A stretch of DNA of 64,000 nt from an uncultured delta proteobacterium (GTDB lineage Bacteria; Desulfobacterota; Desulfuromonadia; Desulfuromonadales; JACZKF01). Each line of letters opens with the position of its first letter. The first letter of the stretch is position 1. Of the stretch, positions 1-8,275 are shown one piece after another. Position numbers and translations under genes: made by a program. The stretch covers positions 1 to 64,000 of the forward strand of contig CAWFKQ010000016.1 in assembly GCA_963816395.1 (NCBI GenBank), read 5' to 3'. The notes below the pieces were generated by a model. The model was not told the DNA's origin and did no database searches. It saw only the letters and a list, made by a program, of their open reading frames with translations.

Positions 1-100
1 GAGAAATCCGGGACACTCCCCCCCAATTGTAAGACAGGCCTTTCGGAACCGGGTATCTGACGGGACGCTGGTGACTTGTTGACTTGCCATTCCCAAGGCA

Positions 101-850
101 TCAATCCAAACAAACCCCCTGCACCCCCGCCACATCCCACCGCGGCACCGCTCCCTTGTACCAGGCCGGCACCTTGAACTTGAACAACCGCGACCCCGGG
201 TCCACATCCGCCACCACCGTACTCCCGGAGACGGTCAGTCCTGAATGACTATTTACGGCAACGTGGACCCGCAGAGCCTTGCAGGCCGGGCCGGCGACGC
301 GGCCGGAGAGAATGACGTCATCACCCTGCTGAAAACCGCCGACCAGCGAGAATTCGTAATCCGCTGGTGATGGCCGACGGCGCGGCGCTTCCTGAGTCTG
401 AGCCTGAGCGAGAGTTTGCAGTTTTTCCTGCAGGTCCCTCGGTGAACTGGCAGGCGCATAGGCCCGCTGCGGATCGGATGATTTCATGGTGACGAGCGGC
501 TCGACCGGCACCCGCTCCGCCTGCGGATTGAGCGGCCGGTCGGAAAAGTGGACCGATCCCTTCTCATCGACCCACTTATACACGCCCCCGGCCATCGGCC
601 TGGATGAAGTTGTCACGCGCATGCGTACGGTGGTTGCGGCGGTTCGATCTGCCGGGATTGGAGGCCTGCTACAGGGGGTCCCGGTGACTCTTCCGGAGTG
701 GAGGCGAGGGTCGGCGGTGCTGCTGCCTGCTCCGTCTGCCCCAGCACGGCGATTTCGCCGCCCTTCTCCATGGTCAACCAGAAGGTGTAAGCGATACAGC
801 CGCAGACTCAAAATAAGCAATAAAGTCAACTTTTCCCCGATGTCCTGCAA
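101..850 (-). CDS. DUF4124-domain membrane/exported protein (frameshifted 5' part)
   Basis: Motif VYKWVDEKGSVHFSDRP typical of DUF4124; hydrophobic N-terminal segment split across frames; start uncertain. Confidence 0.6.
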   Translation of the reverse strand: MQDIGEKLTLLLILSLRLYRLHLLVDHGEGRRNRRAGADGAGSSTADPRLHSGRVTGTPCSRPPIPADRTAATTVRMRVTTSSRPMAGGVYKWVDEKGSVHFSDRPLNPQAERVPVEPLVTMKSSDPQRAYAPASSPRDLQEKLQTLAQAQTQEAPRRRPSPADYEFSLVGGFQQGDDVILSGRVAGPACKALRVHVAVNSHSGLTVSGSTVVADVDPGSRLFKFKVPAWYKGAVPRWDVAGVQGVCLD

Positions 851-1180
851 TCCCTTCCCCTCAAATAAGTCTCCAATCGAGGATCGGAAAACAAAAAACC
901 GCTCACAGGCCACGACATGTCGGGGTCGGACCAAGCCAACTATCTGATCTCCCAGAAAAATCTTTCCGTTTGGATGCGGTCACGAATTGTGGCCGGATTG
1001 TGTCGGCCCTCCCAAAAATAGAAAAGCCGTCGGACCTCAACCGGCCCTGACGGCTTGCTCATGCGTATTGCTCCTCCCTTCATACCCACCTCCGCCCCAT
1101 CGGACATTAAAAAAACATAGGCAAGAGAATAACCTGAACGGCGCCGAAGGGCAAGCAAACAGTCACCCCAGGCGATATCA

Positions 1181-1239
1181 ACCACGGAGCCGAAACCATC
1201 CTCACGCGACGACGCGACGGCGCGACGAAAAGCAAAACC
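1181..1239 (+). repeat. GxxExxY-associated repeat, solo copy with extended left flank
   Basis: ACCACGGAGCCGAAACCATCC-TCACGCGACGACGCGACGGCGCGACGAAAAGCAAAACC; matches copies at 2733 and 7954. Confidence 0.9.
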
Positions 1240-1347
1240 GGCCCTCTTCGCCCTGACCCCGCAAGACTCCCTTATCATTAAACATAATGTGATTCTTTCA
1301 ATTTGCGGTATATTGTTAAACAACAGCTGGTAAAAAGGAGGTCATTC

Positions 1348-1755
1348 ATGCTCAGGAAACTCATGCGTTCGGTAAGCCTTCTGTTGGTTGTTTCCTTCTG
1401 CCTGCTTAACTTCAACGTGCCCAGGGCTCAGGCGCAGATGATCGGTACCGATGCCGTGATCGCAGGGCAGCAGGCCGCAGACCAGCGTGCCCGGGTGGCA
1501 GCCTTCCTGGCGCGTGACGACGTCACGCAGCTTTTGACCAAAAACGGGGTGGATCCCGCCGAAGCCCGGCAGAGGGTTGACAGCCTTTCAAATGAAGAAA
1601 TCGCTAAAATTTCAAGCTCCATGGATCAATTGCCTGCCGGTGGCGATGCCATTAGTGCGGTCGTCGGTGCGGCAGTATTGATCTTTCTGGTGCTGTTAAT
1701 TACCGACCTTGTCGGCCTGACCCATGTTTATCCCTTTGTTTACCACCCCCGCTGA
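1348..1755 (+). CDS. PA2779 family protein
   Basis: RBS AGGAGG; signal peptide; C-terminal LPAGGD...IFLVLLITDLVGLTHVYPF; adjacent to a PA2778-like gene. Confidence 0.85.
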   Translation: MLRKLMRSVSLLLVVSFCLLNFNVPRAQAQMIGTDAVIAGQQAADQRARVAAFLARDDVTQLLTKNGVDPAEARQRVDSLSNEEIAKISSSMDQLPAGGDAISAVVGAAVLIFLVLLITDLVGLTHVYPFVYHPR

Positions 1756-1774
1756 GCGCAGACCAGACAGGCAT

Positions 1775-2723
1775 TTGAGCCGGGTCGGCAATCGGTTGAT
1801 TGCCGGCCTGCTGTTTTTGGCCCTGGGCATCGGGCTTGCCGGGTGCAGCCTGGTCCCGCCGAGCTACTTCGTCCCAGCGCCCTGAGAGACCGGCCAGGGC
1901 CATGGTCGAGAATGTGCCGTTTTTCCCCCAGGAGGAACTGCAGTGCGGGCCGGCGGCTCTGGCGATGGCTCTGAACTGGAGCGGAGTGGCCGTTGAACCC
2001 GCCGAGCTGACGGCCGAAGTCTATACCCCCGGTCTCAAGGGCAGTCTGCAGAATTCCCTGATCGGATCGGCCCGCAGGCATGGCCGGGTGGCCTACCCCA
2101 TTGCCGGCATCGACGCCCTGATGTCGGAGATAGCGGCCGGTCAGCCGGTGATCGTCCTGGTCAATCTCGGTTTCTTCTGGTATCCGCGCTGGCACTATGC
2201 GGTCGTGACCGGCTACGACCAGGTGGAGAAGAAGATCATCCTCCACTCGGGCCTGACGGCCGGGGAGGAGCTCAGTTTCTGGACCTTCAATAATATCTGG
2301 AGGCGTGGCGACTACTGGGGGCTTCTGGTCCTGCCTCCCGACCGGTTGCCGGCGGTGGCCGAAGAAAACAAGTGGCTGAGCGCCGTTGCCGGGGTGGAAA
2401 AAGCCGGACAGTGGCAGGCGGCGGCAAGCGGCTATGCGGCCGCCCTGAAGAGATGGGATAACAGTTTCATCGCCTGGATGGGACTTGGCAACAGCCAGTT
2501 CAATCTGCACGAACTCGCCGCCGCCGCCGATGCTTTCCAGCAGGCGACACAGCTTCAGCCGGAAAACGGCATCGCCTATAACAATTTGGCCAATGTCCTG
2601 GGCGAGCAGGGCAAACGGGATGAAGCCGTGCAGGCTGCGCAGCGTGCCGTCGAGCTTGGCGGCCCGTTTCAGGACACCTTTCGCCAGACTTTGGAGGACA
2701 TCAAAAAAAGGGAATCAAATTAG
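1775..2723 (+). CDS. PA2778 family C39-like cysteine peptidase with TPRs, lipoprotein (frameshift near 1880)
   Basis: VPFFPQEELQCGPAALAM and WHYAVVTGYD catalytic motifs, C-terminal TPRs; lipobox LAGC in the TTG-1775 frame. Confidence 0.85.
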
Positions 2724-2757
2724 CCCCATGACACCACAACGGAACCGAAAACCATCC

Positions 2758-2914
2758 TCACGCGACGACGCGACGACGCGACGAAAATCAAAACCAGGGA
2801 CGAATTGAAATTTTAGGGAGGCAACCCCTGACTTGATACGTTTGCCGGCACCTGCCCCAACCCGTTAACGATGCGTTTAAAGCCATAGCGTTGCGCCGTC
2901 GCGTCGTCGCGTGA
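2758..2914. mobile_element. Inverted-repeat mini-element enclosing a copy of the GxxExxY 3' end
   Basis: Arms TCACGCGACGACGCGACG.../...CGTCGCGTCGTCGCGTGA; 2758-2886 is a diverged direct copy of 3027-3156 (GFKRIVNGLGQVPANVSSQ). Confidence 0.8.
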
Positions 2915-3026
2915 GGAAGACTCTACAGATAAACCCGCTTTTTCCCCTCCGGCTACATCCCCCAATTCCGCAGAATGCCGGGTCACGCTCACCTCCACTG
3001 CCGCCATGGGTCAGGCGAAATCAGTT

Positions 3027-3064
3027 TCACGCAACGACGCGACGGCGCGACGAAAATCAAAACC
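3027..3064 (+). repeat. GxxExxY-associated repeat just downstream of the gene
   Basis: TCACGCAACGACGCGACGGCGCGACGAAAATCAAAACC. Confidence 0.9.
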
Positions 3065-3082
3065 AGAGAATGGATTGAAATC

Positions 3083-3502
3083 TTAGCGAGGCAAATCCTG
3101 ACTTGATACGTTTGCCGGCACCTGTCCCAATCCGTTAACGATGCGTTTAAAGCCATCCTTCATCAGATTTTCACCGAAATTGATCAACAGGCCGAGGCGA
3201 TAATCCATAAGGCGGAGATAGGTCAGCAGCTGCTTCGCATGGACAGCTTGCAGGCGCTCCACCGATTTCAGCTCGATGATTACCTTGTTTTCGACGATCA
3301 GGTCTGCTCGGAACCCTTCCTCGAAAGTAAGCCCCCTGAATCGGATCGGGACCGGAACCTGGCGACCAACCTCCAGGCCTGAACTGGTCAAATAACTCGC
3401 AAAGACGATTTCATAGACACTTTCAAGAAGCCCCGGGCCGAGCTCCCGGTGGATCAGGAATGCAGCGTCCATAATCCGGTCGGCAATTTCGTTTTCGGTC
3501 AT
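3083..3502 (-). CDS. GxxExxY protein (PD-(D/E)XK nuclease-like)
   Basis: GPGLLESVY, RADLIV...IELK, QLLTY and GLLINF motifs; 139 aa; RBS GAGGAGG upstream; intact. Confidence 0.95.
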   Translation of the reverse strand: MTENEIADRIMDAAFLIHRELGPGLLESVYEIVFASYLTSSGLEVGRQVPVPIRFRGLTFEEGFRADLIVENKVIIELKSVERLQAVHAKQLLTYLRLMDYRLGLLINFGENLMKDGFKRIVNGLGQVPANVSSQDLPR

Positions 3503-3539
3503 TTTCCCCTCCTCATGATTACCCCAGCAAAAACCGCCC

Positions 3540-3577
3540 TCACGCGAGGACGCGACGACGCGACGAAAATCAAAACC
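3540..3577 (+). repeat. GxxExxY-associated repeat just upstream of the gene
   Basis: TCACGCGAGGACGCGACGACGCGACGAAAATCAAAACC. Confidence 0.9.
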
Positions 3578-3637
3578 AGACCTAAGATAGCCACCCAGGG
3601 CGGCAAAGGGCAAGGAAAAGTAAGGCCCTAAGGCCCT

Positions 3638-3728
3638 TCACGCAACGACGCGACGACGCGACGACGCGAAATCAAGATACCAGCCTTTAAGATTGGTTTT
3701 AACGTTGCGCCGTTGCGTCGTCGCGTGA
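3638..3728. repeat. Inverted pair of the GxxExxY-associated repeat with a short AT-rich spacer
   Basis: TCACGCAACGACGCGACGACGCG...CGTTGCGCCGTTGCGTCGTCGCGTGA. Confidence 0.9.
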
Positions 3729-3737
3729 GGAAGATTA

Positions 3738-4302
3738 TCATCCAGCGTTTTGCCGGTTGGCGAAATCACCCAGCTGGCGGAACAGCTCCGCCAGCTCCGG
3801 CAGCTGGAAATGCGCATTCAGTCCGCTCGGGCTGGGCAGCACCCACAGGCGCGTGGCGTCGATGGCCTCTTCCTGCAGCCCGAGGCCCGCCCGCGGCCGG
3901 GCGAACGCCAGCCGATAGGCGGTAATGCCCAGGATGGCCACCACCCGCGGCCGGTAGGCGGAGATCTTCTGCCGCAGCCGCTCGCCGCCGGCGAGGTATT
4001 CCTCCCTGGCGATCTCGGCGGCGGATGCCGTGGCCCGCGCCACCAGGTTGGTGACGCCGCAGCCGTAGCCGGGCAGCTCGTCTTCTTCCCAGGGGGAGAG
4101 CTGCCGGGGGGTGAAGCCGCCCCGGTGCAGGGCCGGCCAGAAACGGTTGCCGGGGCGGGCGAAGTGATGGCCGACGGCGGCCGAATAGAGGCCGGGGTTG
4201 ATGCCGCAGAACAGCACCCGGAGATCGGGCGCAATGACATCCGGGAGCGTTCTGCCGGCGGCGGCGAGCAGCTCTGCCCTCGTTGGTTTCGGCGGGATTC
4301 AT
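3738..4302 (-). CDS. mug: G/U mismatch-specific DNA glycosylase
   Basis: VLFCGINPG, HHFARPGNRFW and LPSPSGLNA motifs; start region appears frameshifted. Confidence 0.9.
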
Positions 4303-4335
4303 CTCAATGACCATGCAACGGACCAATCGCGCTGC

Positions 4336-4415
4336 GTAGGGGCACGGCATGCCGTGCCCTGCTCTTCCGGCGGGTTTTCGTCCGCCCCTAAGGGCACGGC
4401 ATGCCGTGCCCCTAC
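4336..4415. repeat. GTAG-family REP doublet (REPIN-like)
   Basis: GTAGGGGCACGGCATGCCGTGCCC ... GGGCACGGCATGCCGTGCCCCTAC, inverted palindromic pair. Confidence 0.85.
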
Positions 4416-4475
4416 AGGTCCCTGTTCTTGACGTGGATAAGCGCGCTCCGCTCGACCCGATTGCCGGCAAAAGGT

Positions 4476-4997
4476 TCAGGCGGCGCCCTGCCGCATCCGG
4501 GCTTCGTGCTCGAGCAGCCACTGCTTGCGCGCGAGACCGCCGGCATAGCCGGTCAGCCGGCCGTCCGCGCCGATCACCCGATGGCACGGGACGATGATGG
4601 CAACCGGGTTGAGCGCATTGGCCCGCGCCACCGCGCGCACCGCGGTGGGATGGCCGAGGGCGACCGCCAGCCCGCCGTAGGAGCGGCTTTCGCCGCACGG
4701 AATGGCGATCAGCGCCCGCCAGACCCGTTGCTGAAAAGCGCTGCCGAGCATCTCGACCTCCGCCAGCGGCAGCGCGCCCGCCTCGCCGGCGAAATAGGCA
4801 TCGAGCCAGCGGATGACCGAGGCCGGCGCCGCGCCGTGTTCCTGCCAGTCGATCTGCCGGAAGCGACGGCCCTGGATGGTGCGCAGGCGCTCGTCATTGC
4901 CTGCGAAATCGAGATGCACCAGCTTGCCTGCGACCGAGGCGAGGCTCAGTTGGCCGAGCGGGCTGGGGTAACGGGCGATATGGATGGTGTATGTCAT
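4476..4997 (-). CDS. ogt: Methylated-DNA--protein-cysteine S-methyltransferase
   Basis: IVPCHRVIG active site, LTGYAGGL; ATGA overlap with the alkA stop. Confidence 0.93.
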   Translation of the reverse strand: MTYTIHIARYPSPLGQLSLASVAGKLVHLDFAGNDERLRTIQGRRFRQIDWQEHGAAPASVIRWLDAYFAGEAGALPLAEVEMLGSAFQQRVWRALIAIPCGESRSYGGLAVALGHPTAVRAVARANALNPVAIIVPCHRVIGADGRLTGYAGGLARKQWLLEHEARMRQGAA

Positions 4998-6502
4998 GTT
5001 CCACGGGTTCCTCCGGCTAAGGACGACCACAGATATTGCGCGGCATACGCCCGCCAGGGGCGCCAGCGCTGCGCGAGTTCGGCCAGCGGCTTGGCCTTCG
5101 CCGGCCCGCCGCCACGGGCGGAGGCCTTGCGCAGGCCGAGATCGGCCGCCGGAAAGGCATCCGGATCGCCGAGCCCGCGCAGGGCGAAATAATCCAGGGT
5201 CCACGGCCCGATTCCCTCGATCGCGGCAAGCTCGGCGAGAATCGACGCGCCGGCGCGCTCGCCGGGGCGGGCAAACAGGCCGACGACGCCGGCCAGGGTC
5301 CGGGCGCGGCGCGTGGTCAGGCCGATCGGCAGCAGATCGTGACCGGCCAGGGCGCCGGGGGTGGGGAACAGATGCGTTACCGCGCCGCCCGCGACCAGCT
5401 CCTCCGGCAGGGCTTCGCCGTAGTGCGCGACCAGGCGCCCGGCCAGCGTGCGCGCCGCCGCCAGCGAGACCTGCTGACCCAGCACCGCCCGCATGGCGAG
5501 TTCGAACCGGTCCCAGCAGCCCGGCACCCGCAGCCCCGGCCGTCTGGCGATCCAGGGAGCCAGCAACGGGTCGTCGGCAAACAGGGCGGTAATGGCGCCG
5601 ATATCCGCATCCAGGTCGAACAGGCGGCGCACCCGCCCGCCGATATCGAGCAACGTGCCGCGGGCCGCGCCGCGCAGGCTGATCTCGACCCCGCTGCCGT
5701 CGCCGGCAAACCGGCAGATCATCAGCCCCACGGCAGCGCCCAGGCGAAAGCCCCGGCAATACACATCCGGTCCCACGTATTCCAGCCCCGGAACGGCGCG
5801 CGCCCGGAAGAAAGCCAGCAGATAGCCGGCGTCGAACGGCTGGCGGGCGCGCAGACGCAAGACGAGATCGTCCCGGCGCGGCGCCAGCGGATCGGTTGCC
5901 GGCCCGGCCGCGGCCTTGCCCGCGGCGCGCCCGGCCGGGCGCACGCCGCGGCGAAAGGCGGTGGGGGCGTGACCGTAAGCGATTTTCATCGCATCGTTGA
6001 AACGGCGCAGGCTGCCGAAGCCGGCCACCTCGGCGATCTCCGTCATCGACAGGTTGCTGTCGACGATCAGTTGCCGGGCGCGCAGCAGCCGGCGCGCCCG
6101 GGCGTGGTCCTGCGGGGTGACGCCGGTATGTTCCTTGAAGATGCGGCGCAGATGGCGCGCGCCGATGCCCAGGTGAGCGGCCAGATCCTCGAGCGAACCG
6201 GTTGCCAGCGCGCCGGCCTCGATCAGCTGCACCGCCCGCCGCACGGTGGCATGCACACCCTCGGCGGCGGGGCTGCCCGGCGCGGCCTCGGGCCGGCAAC
6301 GCAGGCAGGGGCGGAAGCCGTGCGCCATCGCGGCCTCGGCGCTGGGGAAAAAGCGCACATTGCGGCGCTTGGGGGTGACGGCCGGACAGATCGGCCGGCA
6401 GAAGATGCCGGTGGTCAGGACCGCGGTATAAAATCGCCCGTCAAACCGCCGGTCGCGGGTGAGAAGCGCCTGATAGCAGAGATCGTCATCCAGCTGTTCC
6501 AT
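4994..6502 (-). CDS. alkA: Ada metal-binding/AraC HTH/AlkA DNA-3-methyladenine glycosylase fusion
   Basis: TTGIFCRPIC and FRPCLRCRPE Ada Zn site, AraC HTH, GIGPWT HhH, WRPWRAYA. Confidence 0.92.
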   Translation of the reverse strand: MEQLDDDLCYQALLTRDRRFDGRFYTAVLTTGIFCRPICPAVTPKRRNVRFFPSAEAAMAHGFRPCLRCRPEAAPGSPAAEGVHATVRRAVQLIEAGALATGSLEDLAAHLGIGARHLRRIFKEHTGVTPQDHARARRLLRARQLIVDSNLSMTEIAEVAGFGSLRRFNDAMKIAYGHAPTAFRRGVRPAGRAAGKAAAGPATDPLAPRRDDLVLRLRARQPFDAGYLLAFFRARAVPGLEYVGPDVYCRGFRLGAAVGLMICRFAGDGSGVEISLRGAARGTLLDIGGRVRRLFDLDADIGAITALFADDPLLAPWIARRPGLRVPGCWDRFELAMRAVLGQQVSLAAARTLAGRLVAHYGEALPEELVAGGAVTHLFPTPGALAGHDLLPIGLTTRRARTLAGVVGLFARPGERAGASILAELAAIEGIGPWTLDYFALRGLGDPDAFPAADLGLRKASARGGGPAKAKPLAELAQRWRPWRAYAAQYLWSSLAGGTRGT

Positions 6503-6564
6503 AGATGCATTGTAACCAAAATGCGCCGGCAATACTCGCCAGATTCGGACATGAAGGAACGGTT

Positions 6565-6680
6565 TCACGCGAAGCCGCGAAGGTCGCGAAGAAAAGCAAG
6601 GCCGGAAACCCAGGCATTATCGATTGAGAATCACTACTTCTGGGTTTGATCCTCTTCGCGTTCTTCGCGGCTTCGCGTGA
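6565..6680. repeat. Inverted pair, 9-mer variant (CGCGAAGnn)
   Basis: TCACGCGAAGCCGCGAAGGTCGCGAAG ... CTTCGCGTTCTTCGCGGCTTCGCGTGA. Confidence 0.88.
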
Positions 6681-6709
6681 GATCAGGATTTATCCAAGAA
6701 AAAGCAGTC

Positions 6710-6837
6710 TCACGCGACGAACGCAACGAACGCGACGTAAAATCAGAAGGTTATCAGAATAGACCTTTCACCTGCCCGGTGAGAGACTCTAGGATGTAAG
6801 ACTTTGATTTCGTTGCGTTCGTTGCGGCGTTGCGTGA
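6710..6837. repeat. Inverted pair, 9-mer variant (CGCGACGAA)
   Basis: TCACGCGACGAACGCAACGAACGCGACG ... CGTTGCGTTCGTTGCGGCGTTGCGTGA. Confidence 0.88.
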
Positions 6838-7561
6838 TCAACTGCCGTGTTTAGGTTTATTGTTTTGTCGGGCCAGTTCACGGAAGCGCTCCGCCCACAG
6901 GGGGCTGTTGGCTTCCTTCTCGTGCTTGAAGAAGACGAAGGCCTCCTGCCAGGGCTGCGCCCGGACCTGCTGCGCCCAGGCGGCCAGGTCTTTGTCCGCG
7001 TAGGGGCGGCGCAGCCGCAGGTAGCCCCAGTCGGCGGTGCTGCAGGGGCGCTCCAGCGGATTCTCCTCGGTATCGGCGCCGCCCAGGGCGAAGCCGCGCG
7101 CCCGCAGGGCGGCCGCGACTTCCGCGTCGAACCAGGACCGGTGGCGGAACTCGAAGGCGGCCCGGCCGCCGGCGGGGAGTTGCTCCAGGAACTGCTGCAG
7201 GCGGGGGAGGTCCTTCTGGGAAGTCGGGGGGGAGCTGGAAGAGGATCGCCCCCAGCCGCGCGCCGAGGACCGCCGCGGTGCGCAGCAGATAGGCGGTCTC
7301 CTCCGCCGCGTCCCGCAGGCGCTTGAAATGGGTGATGCGCCGGGAGGCCTTGAGGACGAAGCGGAAATCGGCCGGCACCTGCGCGCCCCACGCCTCCAGC
7401 ATCCCGGCCGCCGGCAGCCGGTAGAAGGTGTTGTTGATCTCCACCGCGTTCAGCCGCCCGGCGTAGTAGCGCAGCATCTCCTTCGCCGGCAGCCCCTCCG
7501 GGTAGAAGGCGCCGGTCCATTCCTTGTAACTGTAACCGCTGGTGCCGACCCAGAGCTTCAC
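6838..7561 (-). CDS. DUF72 family protein (frameshift near 7220)
   Basis: VGTSGYSY, VEINNTFYR, LFQLPP, then FEFRHRSW, YLRLR and FVFFKHE in the shifted frame. Confidence 0.88.
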
Positions 7562-7607
7562 GCGCGAATCCCGCCAGCCTCTTGCCGCTAGCCGCTTGCC
7601 GCTGTAT

Positions 7608-7832
7608 TTAACGCGCCTTGACCGGATTGCAGACCAGGCTGGCCTGTTCCGCCGGCCGGCCGCAGGAGCCGCACTCATAGGGCAGCGCCTGGGTCATCAT
7701 CCCGCACATGTCGGCGGTTTCCCCGGCCGAGCCGCAGTAATCTTCTTTGCCGCGCACCTCCCGGGGGGTGCAGATCTCCTCGCTCGCCTCGGTGACCACG
7801 CCGCAGGTCCCGCATTCATAGATCTCGTTCAT
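7608..7832 (-). CDS. Small Cys-rich hypothetical protein
   Basis: 74 aa, two YECGxCG...CxP modules, RBS AAGGAG. Confidence 0.75.
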   Translation of the reverse strand: MNEIYECGTCGVVTEASEEICTPREVRGKEDYCGSAGETADMCGMMTQALPYECGSCGRPAEQASLVCNPVKAR

Positions 7833-7974
7833 GGCCGCGCTCCTTTCCGCAAATGAAAATCACTTTCAGTAATAGTGTAGCACGGCGCCGGGATTTTGCT
7901 GCCCGCGCCGGCCCAGGTTTTACCTCTCCTCTGCCACATCCCGACCGTCCCACACCACAGAGCCGAAGTCAGCC

Positions 7975-8140
7975 TCACGCGACGACGCGACGGCGCGACG
8001 AAAATCAAAAGCCAGCATTATCTTTGATTTGGTGGCTCTGCCGGCACACTTTCAAGCAGCCCCGGTTGCAGCTTCCATAACCTGGTCGACAATTTCGGTC
8101 TCGGTCATCTTTTACGTTGCGCCGTTGCGTCGTCGCGTGA
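7975..8140. mobile_element. Inverted-repeat mini-element enclosing an internally deleted GxxExxY 5' fragment
   Basis: Same arms as 2758-2914; minus strand from 8108 reads MTETEIVDQVMEAA then PGLLESV, versus MTENEIADRIMDAA...PGLLESV in the intact gene. Confidence 0.8.
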
Positions 8141-8223
8141 TGAAGGTTTTGACCTGCCCTGGAAAAGGAGCACCCCTGGCGTTGAGACGGTACGATGAGA
8201 ATCAAAAAAGACTGAATGTTTGA

Positions 8224-8238
8224 CGCGTCGTCGCGTGA
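8224..8238 (-). repeat. Truncated right arm of the GxxExxY-associated repeat
   Basis: CGCGTCGTCGCGTGA, with a possible degenerate left arm near 8175-8207. Confidence 0.7.
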
Positions 8239-8275
8239 GAAGAAAACCGCCGGCTCTCACTACGCCCCGCGCCTA

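Noticed and set aside
2813..3007. 64-aa ORF ending like GxxExxY
   Set aside because: Reads through a repeat arm into the duplicated gene fragment; lacks the catalytic motifs.
2758..3728. Integron or diversity-generating retroelement explanation for the duplicated GxxExxY end
   Set aside because: No integrase or reverse transcriptase in the window, no attC-like ends recognised, and differences between copies are not confined to adenines.
1202..8238. CRISPR array reading of the recurring TCACGCGACG repeats
   Set aside because: Copies are irregularly spaced, in both orientations and separated by whole genes; no uniform spacers and no cas genes.
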